NCBI GenBank assembly: GCA_964612085.1 | Contig: CAZTCJ010000009.1 | Location: 3,730 to 67,729, forward strand | Length of the DNA: 64,000 nucleotides | Source: an uncultured Alphaproteobacteria bacterium | Lineage (GTDB): Bacteria > Pseudomonadota > Alphaproteobacteria > JAJFIK01 | Reading direction: 5' to 3' | Shown here: piece by piece, positions 19,992-29,666 of the stretch | How the letters are laid out: the number at the start of each line of letters is the position of its first letter | How positions within the stretch are numbered: position 1 is the stretch's first letter | The notes under the pieces: generated by a model | What the model was told of the DNA's origin: nothing | What the model saw: only the letters and a program-made list of their open reading frames with translations | Databases searched by the model: none | Position numbers and translations under genes: made by a program

Positions 19992-20768
19992 ATGACGGCG
20001 GAGAAAAGCCAGCCCTTGCCCCACCCCGGCGCCCTGGAAGACCTTACGGTCTCAAGCCGCGCCAGGATCAGGCCGCCTCTTCTGGCCCTCATTGTGGCCG
20101 CCCTTGCGGGCGTCATCACCCTCGCCGCCGGTACCTTGGCCGCTTCCCCCACACAAGCGCAAGAGTCACGCCAGGGTGAGACGGCCGGCGCGCGCATTCT
20201 GGCCTTCGGCACGAGCCTGACGGCGGGCTTCGGCCTCGATGAGGACGACAGTTTCACCAACGATCTGGAAGAGGCCGTGCGGGCGGCGGGCTATGACGCA
20301 ACCGTGATCAATGCGGGCGTCTCCGGCGACACCTCGGCGGCGGCGCGGGCCCGGCTCGACTGGGTGCTCGCCAACGACATCACCCACGCCATCATCGAAC
20401 ACGGCTCCAACGACGCTTTGCGCGGCATCGAACCGGCGCAGACGGAAGCCAATCTGCGCGCCATTCTCGACGCCTTCCAGGCACGCGGGATCCCGGTCCT
20501 GTTCACCGGCATGCTGGCGCCGCGCAATCTGGGTCCGGATTATGCGGAAGAGTTCGACGCCATCTATCCGCGCCTGGCGGAAGACTACGATGTGCTGTTC
20601 TATCCGTTCTTTCTCGACGGCGTGGTGGTCGATAAGGATCTGAACCAGCCGGACGGCATTCATCCCAACCCGGAAGGCGTAGATGTGATCATCGAACGCA
20701 TCACGCCTTTCGTCCTGAAACTGATCGATCCGGACTATGTGATCCCGCAAGCGCAAGACACCGACTAA
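19992..20768 (+). CDS. tesA: SGNH/GDSL arylesterase / thioesterase I-like
   Basis: Block I ILAFGTSLTAG, block III GSNDALRG, block V DGIHPN, plus a signal peptide. It is divergent from the ybbA/ybbP-like pair, the classical tesA-ybbA-ybbP arrangement. Confidence 0.8.
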   Translation: MTAEKSQPLPHPGALEDLTVSSRARIRPPLLALIVAALAGVITLAAGTLAASPTQAQESRQGETAGARILAFGTSLTAGFGLDEDDSFTNDLEEAVRAAGYDATVINAGVSGDTSAAARARLDWVLANDITHAIIEHGSNDALRGIEPAQTEANLRAILDAFQARGIPVLFTGMLAPRNLGPDYAEEFDAIYPRLAEDYDVLFYPFFLDGVVVDKDLNQPDGIHPNPEGVDVIIERITPFVLKLIDPDYVIPQAQDTD

Positions 20769-20836
20769 CGGGCCCCTTGCGGACACCCCCTGCTTCCGGC
20801 CTACACTAACGCCTAACTTAAAAACTGGAGAGCCCC

Positions 20837-21871
20837 TTGGAATACCGCGAACTTGGCAGGACCGGCGTGAAAGTCTCCCAGATCTGTCTCGGCACCATGA
20901 CCTGGGGCGAACAGAACACGGAAGCCGAAGGCCATGCCCAGATGGATCTGGCGGCCGATCACGGCATCAATTTCTTCGACACGGCCGAGCTTTATCCGAT
21001 CCCGCCCAAGGAACCCACCAATGGCGAGACCGAGCGGATCATCGGCACCTGGTTCAAGGCGCGGGGTCTGCGCGACAAGATCGTGCTGGCCACCAAGGTC
21101 GCCGGTCCCAATCAGCACCAGCTCTGGTTTTCCGACGACCGGGAGCCGCGCCGCCACAACGCCAAGCATATCGTGGAAGCCGTGGAGAAAAGCCTGAAGC
21201 GTCTTCAGACGGATTATATCGACCTTTATCAACTCCATTGGCCCGACCGGCCCGTGCGCCTGTTCGGCGGTCCCGCCACCTGGGGTGAGGAAACCCCCAT
21301 CGAGGAGACGCTGCGGGCGCTCCAGGACATCGTCCAGGCGGGCAAGGTGCGCATGATCGGCCTGTCGAACGAAACGCCCTGGGGCGTCATGGAATTCGTG
21401 CGCCTGGCCGAGCAGGAAGGCCTGCCCCGCGTCGTTTCCATACAGAATGTCTACAGCCTGGTGAGCCGCGCCTTTGATCTGGGACTTGGCGAAATCGCCC
21501 AGCGGGAAAATGTCGGCCTGCTCGCCTATTCGCCGCTCGCCCAAGGCTATCTGACCGGCAAATATCTGGACGGCGCATTGCCCCAAGGCTCGCGCAAGCA
21601 GCTTTTCGACCGCCTGCAACGCTATGAAAGCCCCTTGGCGCTGGCGGCGATCAGGGCCTATGTGGATCTGGCGCGCGCCCATGGCGCCGATCCGGCGCAA
21701 CTGGCCATCAAATTCTGCGACAGCCGCCCGTTCACCACCTCGACGATCATCGGCGCCACCACGCTGGAGCAGCTTGAAACGAATATCGCGGCCAAAGATC
21801 TGACCCTGACGGAGGATCTGGTGAACGGCATCCGGGCCATTCACCGGGACCATCCGAATCCGTCTCTTTGA
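20837..21871 (+). CDS. NADP-dependent aldo/keto reductase (Tas-like)
   Basis: MEYRELGRTGVKVSQICLGTMTWG, DTAELYP, LQTDYIDLYQLHWPDR, GLSNETPWG. Confidence 0.9.
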   Translation: MEYRELGRTGVKVSQICLGTMTWGEQNTEAEGHAQMDLAADHGINFFDTAELYPIPPKEPTNGETERIIGTWFKARGLRDKIVLATKVAGPNQHQLWFSDDREPRRHNAKHIVEAVEKSLKRLQTDYIDLYQLHWPDRPVRLFGGPATWGEETPIEETLRALQDIVQAGKVRMIGLSNETPWGVMEFVRLAEQEGLPRVVSIQNVYSLVSRAFDLGLGEIAQRENVGLLAYSPLAQGYLTGKYLDGALPQGSRKQLFDRLQRYESPLALAAIRAYVDLARAHGADPAQLAIKFCDSRPFTTSTIIGATTLEQLETNIAAKDLTLTEDLVNGIRAIHRDHPNPSL

Positions 21872-21895
21872 GTATCCGCGTCCGGAGACTGCGCC

Positions 21896-22420
21896 ATGCG
21901 TTTGTTCACAGCCATCGAGATCCCTGAGCCCTTGCGCGAAGACCTCGCCCTGATGATGGGCGGCATTCCGGGCGCGCGCTGGATCTCGGAGGAAAACCTC
22001 CATCTGACCATCCGTTTTATCGGCGATGTGGACCGCCATACGGCCCAGGATATCGACGATGCCCTGTCGGCCATTTCGGCGCGGCCTTTCTCGTTGACGC
22101 TTAAATCAGTGGGTTTTTTCGGCGATCCACCCCGCACCTTGTGGACGGGCCTGGAGAAAAGCGATGCGCTGCTGCATCTGGTGGAGAAGGTCGATTCCTG
22201 CCTGACCCGTCTGCGGATCGATTTCGAAAAGCGCCGATACGCGCCCCATGTGACGCTCGCCCGGCTCAGAGATCCGTCTCCTGAGCATCTGCGGGCCTAT
22301 CTGAACGAATATGGCGGTTATCGCAGCGATCCCTTCCCGGTCACCCGCCTGACCTTGTTCTCCAGCATGCGCAGCCATTCCGGCTCAAGCTATACGCCGG
22401 AACGCTATTACGTCTTCTGA
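21896..22420 (+). CDS. thpR: RNA 2',3'-cyclic phosphodiesterase (2H family)
   Basis: Two HxT/S motifs, HLTIRF and HVTLAR, in a 174-aa protein. Confidence 0.85.
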   Translation: MRLFTAIEIPEPLREDLALMMGGIPGARWISEENLHLTIRFIGDVDRHTAQDIDDALSAISARPFSLTLKSVGFFGDPPRTLWTGLEKSDALLHLVEKVDSCLTRLRIDFEKRRYAPHVTLARLRDPSPEHLRAYLNEYGGYRSDPFPVTRLTLFSSMRSHSGSSYTPERYYVF

Positions 22421-22430
22421 GGGGCCGGTC

Positions 22431-23153
22431 ATGAGCCAGTTTCAACGGATCGTCGTTCTGACCGGCGCGGGGATTTCGGCGGAGTCGGGCCTCGGCACCT
22501 TCCGGGAGAAGGACGGCCTGTGGTCGAAATACGATCTGACCGACGTGGCGACGCCGGAAGGGTTCGCCCGCAACCCCAAGCTCGTTCTCGATTTCTATAA
22601 CGCCCGGCGGGAGAACCTGGGCAGCGCCAAGCCCAATCCGGCCCATTACGCCCTCGGCCTGCTCGAACATGCGTATAAAGAGAATACGCTCGGCCAGGTG
22701 CTGGTCGTCACCCAGAATGTGGATACGCTCCACGAACAAGGCGGGACGGGGAACATTCTCCACATGCACGGAATGTTGACCCAGGATCTATGCAACAATT
22801 GCGGCGACCGGCGGCCGGCCAGCGCGCCTTTGACCATTGATGCGGTGTGCCCCGCCTGCAGCACGCTCGGCTCGCTGCGGCCCGACGTGGTATGGTTCGG
22901 CGAGATCCCCTATCACATGGACGAAATCCACGATGCGCTGTTCGCCTGCGACCTGTTTGTGTCCATCGGCACCTCAGGCGCAGTCTATCCGGCGGCGGGC
23001 TTCGTGCAGATCGCGCGAGAGACCGGCGCCCACACGGTCGAACTGAATCTGGAACCGTCGGACGGGGATTATCTGTTTGCGGAATGCCGGTACGGCAAAG
23101 CGAGCGAGGTTGTCCCCGCTTACGTCAATGAATTGGTTGGCGATCTGGTTTAG
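22431..23153 (+). CDS. cobB: NAD-dependent protein deacylase (Sir2 family)
   Basis: GAGISAESGLGTFR, TQNVDTLHE, and Zn-ribbon cysteines CNNCG...CPAC. Confidence 0.9.
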   Translation: MSQFQRIVVLTGAGISAESGLGTFREKDGLWSKYDLTDVATPEGFARNPKLVLDFYNARRENLGSAKPNPAHYALGLLEHAYKENTLGQVLVVTQNVDTLHEQGGTGNILHMHGMLTQDLCNNCGDRRPASAPLTIDAVCPACSTLGSLRPDVVWFGEIPYHMDEIHDALFACDLFVSIGTSGAVYPAAGFVQIARETGAHTVELNLEPSDGDYLFAECRYGKASEVVPAYVNELVGDLV

Positions 23154-23266
23154 GTCAAGGAACGTCATCCGGCAGGGTGTCATCAAGGCGAAGCCGCGGT
23201 GCACCTGAAGACGCGCATTTCGCATGCGCTCAATGCGCCCTACGGCGGAATAGCACCAAACGAGGC

Positions 23267-23659
23267 TTAAAACCGCACGGAGCGTTCCAGCCGGTCCATT
23301 TCCGCGTCCGACAGGCCGAAATGATGGCCAATCTCGTGAACCAGCACATGGGTGACGATGTGCTCCAGCGTGTTGCCGCCGTCCGCATGAAGATCGAGGA
23401 TCGGTTTGCGGTAGAGAAACACCATGTCGGGCATGCCGTGACTGTCGAGCACGCTTTTCTGGGTCAGATCGACGCCGTGATAAAGCCCGAGCAGGTCGTC
23501 CCGCGAGCGCAGGCCCATGACCTCCACCGTCTCGTCGTCGGGATAGTCCTCGACCCGGATCACCACATTTTTCGTCATCAGACGAAAGGCCGGCGGCAAA
23601 GCCTCATAGGCCGTGCGCACCAAGGCATCGAATTCCACCAGATCGGGCTCGCGCTGCAT
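23267..23659 (-). CDS. small zinc metallopeptidase-like protein (DUF1025-like)
   Basis: HEIGHHFGLSD (HExxH) near the C-terminus. Start chosen at MQREPDL (ATG at 23657-23659), with GGAGAG 8 nt upstream. Confidence 0.75.
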   Translation of the reverse strand: MQREPDLVEFDALVRTAYEALPPAFRLMTKNVVIRVEDYPDDETVEVMGLRSRDDLLGLYHGVDLTQKSVLDSHGMPDMVFLYRKPILDLHADGGNTLEHIVTHVLVHEIGHHFGLSDAEMDRLERSVRF

Positions 23660-23783
23660 GCGTCCGTCTCTCCATTTCACCCCTGTCCGGCCAAAGCCGG
23701 TTGGCACCCGCCCTTATTAGGACTAGATGGGATGGCGGAAATGGGATGGAAGACCGGCGCGAACCGGATCAAAGGAGGGTGAT

Positions 23784-24077
23784 GTGATCGAGAAACTGAA
23801 CGCCGTTGAACGCAGAGACGCTTTGTCGGACCTTGCGGGCTGGACCATGGTGGAGGGCCGCGACGCCATCACCAAGACCTTCAAATTCAAGAACTTCAAT
23901 GAGGCCTTCGGCTTCATGACGAGGGCCGCCCTGATCGCCGAGAAAATGGATCACCACCCGGAGTGGTTCAATGTCTACAACACGGTCGAGGTCACCCTTT
24001 CGACCCATGACGCGGGCGGCTTGACCACCCGCGACACGGATCTTGCCCAACACATGAATGGCCTGGCGGATCAATAA
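23784..24077 (+). CDS. phhB: 4a-hydroxytetrahydrobiopterin (pterin-4a-carbinolamine) dehydratase
   Basis: [47 protein letters not shown] start at 23784 is preceded by AAGGAGG. Confidence 0.85.
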   Translation: MIEKLNAVERRDALSDLAGWTMVEGRDAITKTFKFKNFNEAFGFMTRAALIAEKMDHHPEWFNVYNTVEVTLSTHDAGGLTTRDTDLAQHMNGLADQ

Positions 24078-24101
24078 TCCGATCGCTGAGCCGTTTACAA
24101 A

Positions 24102-24887
24102 TTAGCGCGGCGCCATGCGGATGGCGCCGTCGAGGCGGATGGACTCGCCGTTCATCATGCCGTTCTCGCACAGATGGCGGGCCAGCATGGCGTATTCCTT
24201 CGGATTGCCGAGGCGCGCCGGAAACGGCACCTGGGCGCCCAAGGCCTGGCGCACATGATCGGGGGCGCTGGCCAGCAGCGGCGTGTCGAACAGACCCGGC
24301 AGGATGGTATTGACCCGGATCCCCTCCCGCGACAGATCGCGCGCGATGGGCAGCGTCATGCCCACGACACCGCCCTTGGATGCGGAATAGGCCGCCTGGC
24401 CGATCTGGCCGTCCTGGGCCGCCACCGACGCCGTGTTCACGATGGCGCCCCGCTCGCCGTCTTCCGTGACCGGATCGAGGGTCAGCATGCCCGCCGCCGA
24501 TTTGGCGATGCAGCGGAAGGTGCCGACCAGATTGATCTGGATGACCCGGTCGAACCGGTCCAGCGGATGGGCCACGGCCTCGCCCGTCTGCTTGTCGCGG
24601 GCCGCCGTCTTGATGGCATCACCGACCCCGGCGCAGTTGATCAGGATCCGCTCCTGACCGTGAGCGGCGCGGGCTTTCGCGAAGCCGGCATCGACGCTCG
24701 CCTCGTCGGTCACATTCACAGGGCAGAACACGCCGCCCAGTTCCGCCGCGACCGCTTCGCCCCGCTCGGCATTCAGATCGAACAGCGCCACGCGCACGCC
24801 TTTCGAGGCCAGTTCGCGGGCCGTGGCTTCGCCAAGGCCGGAGGCGCCGCCGGTGATGACCGCGCTGACCGTGTTGTTCAAGTCCAT
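24102..24887 (-). CDS. short-chain dehydrogenase/reductase (3-hydroxyacyl-CoA dehydrogenase type 2-like)
   Basis: TGGASGLG cofactor motif, catalytic YSASKGG, 261 aa. Confidence 0.85.
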   Translation of the reverse strand: MDLNNTVSAVITGGASGLGEATARELASKGVRVALFDLNAERGEAVAAELGGVFCPVNVTDEASVDAGFAKARAAHGQERILINCAGVGDAIKTAARDKQTGEAVAHPLDRFDRVIQINLVGTFRCIAKSAAGMLTLDPVTEDGERGAIVNTASVAAQDGQIGQAAYSASKGGVVGMTLPIARDLSREGIRVNTILPGLFDTPLLASAPDHVRQALGAQVPFPARLGNPKEYAMLARHLCENGMMNGESIRLDGAIRMAPR

Positions 24888-24961
24888 CTTCTGTTTCCTC
24901 CTCGTAAAAACCTGGCGCGCCGGACTGGCATTCTGCGGCGCATCGCTGTCATATGTAGCCC

Positions 24962-25444
24962 ATGAGCAGCGACGATCAAAAACCCGGCGGCGATCTGGAG
25001 CGCAAGCGTTTTGGACGCGACGGCAAGTCGGACAAGCCCGGCAAGGACGAGCCGATCGCCGATATGGAAGATCCGCGCCTGCAACTGCCGGAGACGGTGG
25101 CGCGCAACGAGCGCATCGTGGAGGACGGCTTCTGGCCCAAGATCCGGCGGCTTTTGGGCAAGGTGCCGTTTCTGGAAGACGCGGTGGCCGCCTATTTCTG
25201 CGCCATCGACCCGAAGACGCCGTTCCAGGTGCGCGCCATTCTGCTGGCGGCGCTGGCCTATTTCGTCCTGCCCATCGATATCGTGCCGGATTTCTTTGTC
25301 GGTTTCGGCTTTACCGATGACGCCACCGTGCTGCTCGCCGCCATGAAGATCGTCGCCGATCACATCACGGAAGAACACCGGGCCAAGGCCCGCGAAGTGC
25401 TCGGCAAGGAGATGAAGGACGCGGACGAAGAGCCGCCTGCTTAA
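24962..25444 (+). CDS. YkvA/DUF1232 family membrane protein
   Basis: YFVLPIDIVPDFFVGFGFTDDATVLLAA is the DUF1232 signature as I remember it. Confidence 0.7.
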   Translation: MSSDDQKPGGDLERKRFGRDGKSDKPGKDEPIADMEDPRLQLPETVARNERIVEDGFWPKIRRLLGKVPFLEDAVAAYFCAIDPKTPFQVRAILLAALAYFVLPIDIVPDFFVGFGFTDDATVLLAAMKIVADHITEEHRAKAREVLGKEMKDADEEPPA

Positions 25445-26388
25445 GTTTCCGGGCTTGCCTTTTCTTTTTCCTTGCCCTTCTGGAGCTGGGCCTCGCGCAC
25501 GGTGATGTAGAGGCTGGCGCCCGCGATGATCAGGGCGCCGACGACCACGAGCAGGTCTGGCAGGTTGGAAAAAACCAGATAGCCCACCAGCGCCGCCCAG
25601 ATCAGCCGCAGATAATCGAGCGGCGCCATGGCGGTGGCGTCGGCAAGCGAATAGGCCCGCACGAAACAGGCATGGGCGGCGAGGCCCACCATGCCCATGA
25701 CCATCAGCAGAAGGAATTCCTCGAAGGTCGGCGTGATCCAGACGGCCGCCGCCGGGACCGCCGTCACCACCGTGCCGATCAGGCCGGAATAAAGCAGCAG
25801 GGTGACGGGGGAGTCCTGGCGCGACAGCATCTTCACGCAAGTGACCGCCAACGCCACGAAAAGCGCATTGGCGAGGGCCACGAAGGCCGCCGAATCCGTG
25901 CTGCCGCTGGGCCGCAGAATGATCAGCACGCCCGCGAACCCGATCAGGGTGGCGATCATCCGCCGGGGGCCGACCACCTCGCCCAGCACCAGCATGGCCA
26001 GCGGCACCAGAAAGAGCGCGCGGGAAAAACTGATGGCCGTGGCGTCAGCCAGCGGCAAATGCGTGAAGGCGTAAAAGCCGCACAGCATGGCCGTGGAGCC
26101 GAACAGGCCCCGCAGCAGATGCAGGCCCGGACGCTGTGTCTTGAACCCCGCCGCGCCCGCCCGCAGAGCCATGGGCACCAGCACTACCACGCTCGTCAGG
26201 GCCCGGAAAAACGCCACCTCGAAGGAATGGAGCCGGTTGCCGAGAAACTTCACCAGCGCGGTCATCACCACGAACAGAAAGGTGGAGATCAGCATCCAGA
26301 GCGCGCCGCGCACGCCCGGCGGCAAGCCGTTCCAGGCGCTCGCCGCCCGCGTCCGCGCCTGTTGGAAGGATCGTGCGGCTTCGCTCAT
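25441..26388 (-). CDS. DMT superfamily (EamA-type) transporter
   Basis: 315 aa, about 10 TM segments in two EamA-like halves. Its stop overlaps the convergent DUF1232 gene's stop by 4 nt. Confidence 0.8.
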   Translation of the reverse strand: MSEAARSFQQARTRAASAWNGLPPGVRGALWMLISTFLFVVMTALVKFLGNRLHSFEVAFFRALTSVVVLVPMALRAGAAGFKTQRPGLHLLRGLFGSTAMLCGFYAFTHLPLADATAISFSRALFLVPLAMLVLGEVVGPRRMIATLIGFAGVLIILRPSGSTDSAAFVALANALFVALAVTCVKMLSRQDSPVTLLLYSGLIGTVVTAVPAAAVWITPTFEEFLLLMVMGMVGLAAHACFVRAYSLADATAMAPLDYLRLIWAALVGYLVFSNLPDLLVVVGALIIAGASLYITVREAQLQKGKEKEKASPET

Positions 26389-27602
26389 GCGGCAGCGGAG
26401 AGCACGCCGTAGACCGCATCAACCAGCGACTGGCCACGGGCGTTGAGCATCTGGCCCAGACCCATCTGGTTCATGGCATAGCCGAAGGCGAAGCCCGCTT
26501 CCGGATCGGCGAAACCGATGGAGCCGCCGGAACCCACATGGCCGAACGCGCCCTCCCCTAAGATCGCACCTGAGGCGGGCGGGTTCTTGACATGGCGATT
26601 GTCCGCAGACCGCATAAAGCCCGCGCCGAAGCGCATGGGCAGGCGCAGCGTCGCATCGTCATGGGTGGCATTGGTGATCCGGCGCATCTTATCGATACGC
26701 TCCGGGCTGACGAGGCGCACGCCCTCGAATGTTCCGCCCAAGGTGAAGGGGGTATAGAGCCGGGCGAGCGCGCGCGCATTGGCGACGCCGTTGGCCGAGC
26801 CGATCTCGACGGCGCGATAGTCCCGCTTGTTGGGATTGAAGCCGCCATCATTGAGGTAGAAGCGCGCCGGGATCGAGGCCTTGTCCTTCAGATCCAGGAC
26901 AAACTGGCTGGCGGGCACGGACGGATCGAGCTTCGGCTTGATCATGCGCGCGACGCGCGGTTCCTGATCGTCCGGCAGGCCGATCCAGAAATCGAGCCCG
27001 AGGGGGCCCGCTACCTCTTCGGCGAAAAACCGGCTTGCGGGCTTGCCCGCCACGCGGCGGATCACCTCGCCGATGGTCCAGGCATAGGTCAGGCCATGGT
27101 AGGAACTGCGGGTGCCCGGCACGAAATAGGGCGCCTGGGCGGCAAGCGTGCGCGTGGCATAGTCCCAATCGAGCAGCGCGCCCTCAGGCAGATCGTCGCG
27201 GAAGGCTGGCACCCCCGCCGTATGATCGAGCATCATACGGACGGTCGTGCGTTCCTTGCCGCTCTGCCCATACTCCGGCCAATAGTCCGTCACCAGCGCA
27301 TCGAGATCGAGCAACCCTCGGTCCACCAGCATATTGGCGACGACGGCAATGGCGCCCTTGGTGCAGGAAAAGACACAAGAGATCGTCTCGTCCGTCCAGG
27401 GCACGGTGTCGCGCGGATCGGCCGCGCCGCCCCAGACATCGAGAACCGTCTCACCTTCGTGGATGACGCACAGCCCCGCGCCCACCTCGCCCGCGCTCCG
27501 GAAATTCTCCAGAAAGCGGTCGAGAACGGGCCGGAAGCGCGGCTCCACACGGCCTTCGACCGTACCGGTTGGCACGGTCTCGCGCACCAGTTCCAAGGAC
27601 AT
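26385..27602 (-). CDS. serine hydrolase, class C beta-lactamase/esterase family
   Basis: SxxK motif FSCTKG near the N-terminus and a YHG..TYAW region, 405 aa. 4-nt overlap with the downstream gene. Confidence 0.8.
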   Translation of the reverse strand: MSLELVRETVPTGTVEGRVEPRFRPVLDRFLENFRSAGEVGAGLCVIHEGETVLDVWGGAADPRDTVPWTDETISCVFSCTKGAIAVVANMLVDRGLLDLDALVTDYWPEYGQSGKERTTVRMMLDHTAGVPAFRDDLPEGALLDWDYATRTLAAQAPYFVPGTRSSYHGLTYAWTIGEVIRRVAGKPASRFFAEEVAGPLGLDFWIGLPDDQEPRVARMIKPKLDPSVPASQFVLDLKDKASIPARFYLNDGGFNPNKRDYRAVEIGSANGVANARALARLYTPFTLGGTFEGVRLVSPERIDKMRRITNATHDDATLRLPMRFGAGFMRSADNRHVKNPPASGAILGEGAFGHVGSGGSIGFADPEAGFAFGYAMNQMGLGQMLNARGQSLVDAVYGVLSAAA

Positions 27603-27616
27603 GATCCCAACCCGCC

Positions 27617-28624
27617 CTATTCGGGATTGACCACGAGCACCACCTTGCCCTTGGCCCGGCGTTCGGCCAGCTCGTTGATGGCGTCCACATATTGTTCGAA
27701 CGGATAGGCCGAGGAGACATGGGGCCGGATCTTGCCCGCCCGGTACCAGTCCATCAGTTCCTGGATGTGTTGCTGGTTGCGCTTGGGATCGCGGCCCGTG
27801 AACGCGCCCCAGAACACGCCGACGATCTGGCAGCCTTTGAGCAGGGTCAGATTGAGCGGCACTTTCGGGATGTCGCCAGCGGCGAAACCGATCACCAGGA
27901 AGCGGCCTTCCCAGTTGGTGGCGCGCAACGCGGGTTCGGAATAATCCCCGCCCACCGGATCGTAGACCACATCCGCGCCCTGGCCGCCGGTCGCCGCCTT
28001 GATCTGATCGGACAGCGCCTTCTGGGCCGCCCGATCGAGGGAGCCGGACGGGTACAGAATGGTTTCGTCCGCCCCGTGATTACGGCAAACCTCAAGCTTT
28101 TCTTCCGAAGAGGCCGCCGCGATCACCCGCGCGCCCATCACCTTGCCAAGCTCCACCGCCGCCAGGCCGACGCCGCCAGCGGCGCCCAGCACCAGGAGGT
28201 TTTCGCCCGGCTTCAGCTCGGCCCGGTCCTTCAACGCGTAATGGGACGTGCCATAGGTCATGAGAAAGGCGGAGGCTTCCGTCATGGGCATCTCGTCCGG
28301 GATCGGAATGACGCGCGGCTCGTCCACGATCACCTGCTCGGCGAACCCGCCCCAGCCCGTGGAGCCGATCACCCGCTGACCGGGCTGGACGCGGCTCACG
28401 CCCGGTCCCACTTCCAGCACCTTGCCCGCGATCTCGCCGCCGGGGGAAAACGGTAAGGGCGGCTTGAACTGATACTTGTCCTGAATGATCAGCACGTCGG
28501 GGAAATTGACTCCGCAGGCATTGACGCCGATCCGGACCTGGCCTTCACCCAAAGCCGGTTCCGCCACCTCTTCCATCACCAGATTTTCAGGGGGTCCGTA
28601 TGCCTTACACAACACTGCCTTCAT
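27617..28624 (-). CDS. NADPH:quinone oxidoreductase (MDR/zeta-crystallin family)
   Basis: MKAVLCKAYGPPENLVMEEV..., Rossmann LVLGAAGGVGLAAVELGK. Confidence 0.85.
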   Translation of the reverse strand: MKAVLCKAYGPPENLVMEEVAEPALGEGQVRIGVNACGVNFPDVLIIQDKYQFKPPLPFSPGGEIAGKVLEVGPGVSRVQPGQRVIGSTGWGGFAEQVIVDEPRVIPIPDEMPMTEASAFLMTYGTSHYALKDRAELKPGENLLVLGAAGGVGLAAVELGKVMGARVIAAASSEEKLEVCRNHGADETILYPSGSLDRAAQKALSDQIKAATGGQGADVVYDPVGGDYSEPALRATNWEGRFLVIGFAAGDIPKVPLNLTLLKGCQIVGVFWGAFTGRDPKRNQQHIQELMDWYRAGKIRPHVSSAYPFEQYVDAINELAERRAKGKVVLVVNPE

Positions 28625-29661
28625 GGAGTCTCTCCTTTGTTCTTCACCCGGGGATGCGCCGGACGTGAGTGTGGCACAGGCTGGGGACCCTCTGCCAGTG
28701 GCCGTTCGATCCCGAACAGGCCTTCGATGGGCCGACGCATCATGCGCACCGCTTTGCGGCCCAGGTCGATGGCCTCAGCCGCCCGGTCGAATTGCAGAAT
28801 GCCGATTTCGCGCAAGGCGGGGGTGATCATGATATCGGGCGGATCGCCGGCGGCGCGGGATCTGGTGATCCGGTCGCCCATGATGGCGATGGCGTTGTTG
28901 ATGACTTCCAAATGCTGCGGCCCCCGGTCCTTGGGGTCGAGGATCGAGCGGATGAACTTGTTGGTGCCGCGCTTCATGGTGGAGGGCAGCCGGTTGGCCA
29001 ACTCGTCGGCCCAGGACCAGGGCAGCTTGTCCTCCTCGGGCGGAACCACAGCCTCATCCCCGTCCTGGCGGCGCAGGAACTCAGCCGTTGGACGGAAGGT
29101 GTCGGCGTTGAGATCGACCGCGATGACGATATCGGCATCGAGCGCCCGGGCGAGCGAGATGGGCACCGGATTGACGATGCCGCCATCGGCGAGCCAGCGG
29201 CTGCCCAGGCGCACCGGTTCGAAAATCCCCGGGATCGCGATCGAGGCGCCGACCGCGTCGGCCATGGGGCCGGAGCGCAGCCAGACCTCTCTGCCTGTAC
29301 GGATATCCGTGGCCACGGAGGCGAAATCGATCTCCAGATCCTCGATCTGTTTATGGCCGCACAACCCGCCGTACCAGGACGACAGGCTGCGCCCGGCGAT
29401 CATGCCGCCACGGCCGAAACTCAAGTCGAAATAATTCATCATGCGGAAAAGGTCGAGAGAAAGCGCGAAGTCCTTCAGCTCGTCGATCCGGCGCACGGCA
29501 TAAGCGCCGCCCACCAGCGCGCCGATGGAGCAGCCCGCGACGATATCGGGCTTGATCCCCATACGGTTCAATTCCTCGATCACGCCGATATGCGCCCAGC
29601 CGCGCGCCGCACCGCTGCCCAGCGCCAACCCGACCCGCATCGTCTGCCCACGCCCTGTCAT
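28621..29661 (-). CDS. patatin-like phospholipase (RssA-like)
   Basis: GSGAARGWAHIGV oxyanion motif, GCSIGA nucleophile, DGG catalytic Asp motif (WLADGGIVNPVP). Start trimmed to MTGRGQTMRVGLAL because the longer ORF would overlap the upstream gene. Confidence 0.85.
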   Translation of the reverse strand: MTGRGQTMRVGLALGSGAARGWAHIGVIEELNRMGIKPDIVAGCSIGALVGGAYAVRRIDELKDFALSLDLFRMMNYFDLSFGRGGMIAGRSLSSWYGGLCGHKQIEDLEIDFASVATDIRTGREVWLRSGPMADAVGASIAIPGIFEPVRLGSRWLADGGIVNPVPISLARALDADIVIAVDLNADTFRPTAEFLRRQDGDEAVVPPEEDKLPWSWADELANRLPSTMKRGTNKFIRSILDPKDRGPQHLEVINNAIAIMGDRITRSRAAGDPPDIMITPALREIGILQFDRAAEAIDLGRKAVRMMRRPIEGLFGIERPLAEGPQPVPHSRPAHPRVKNKGETP

Positions 29662-29666
29662 ACGCC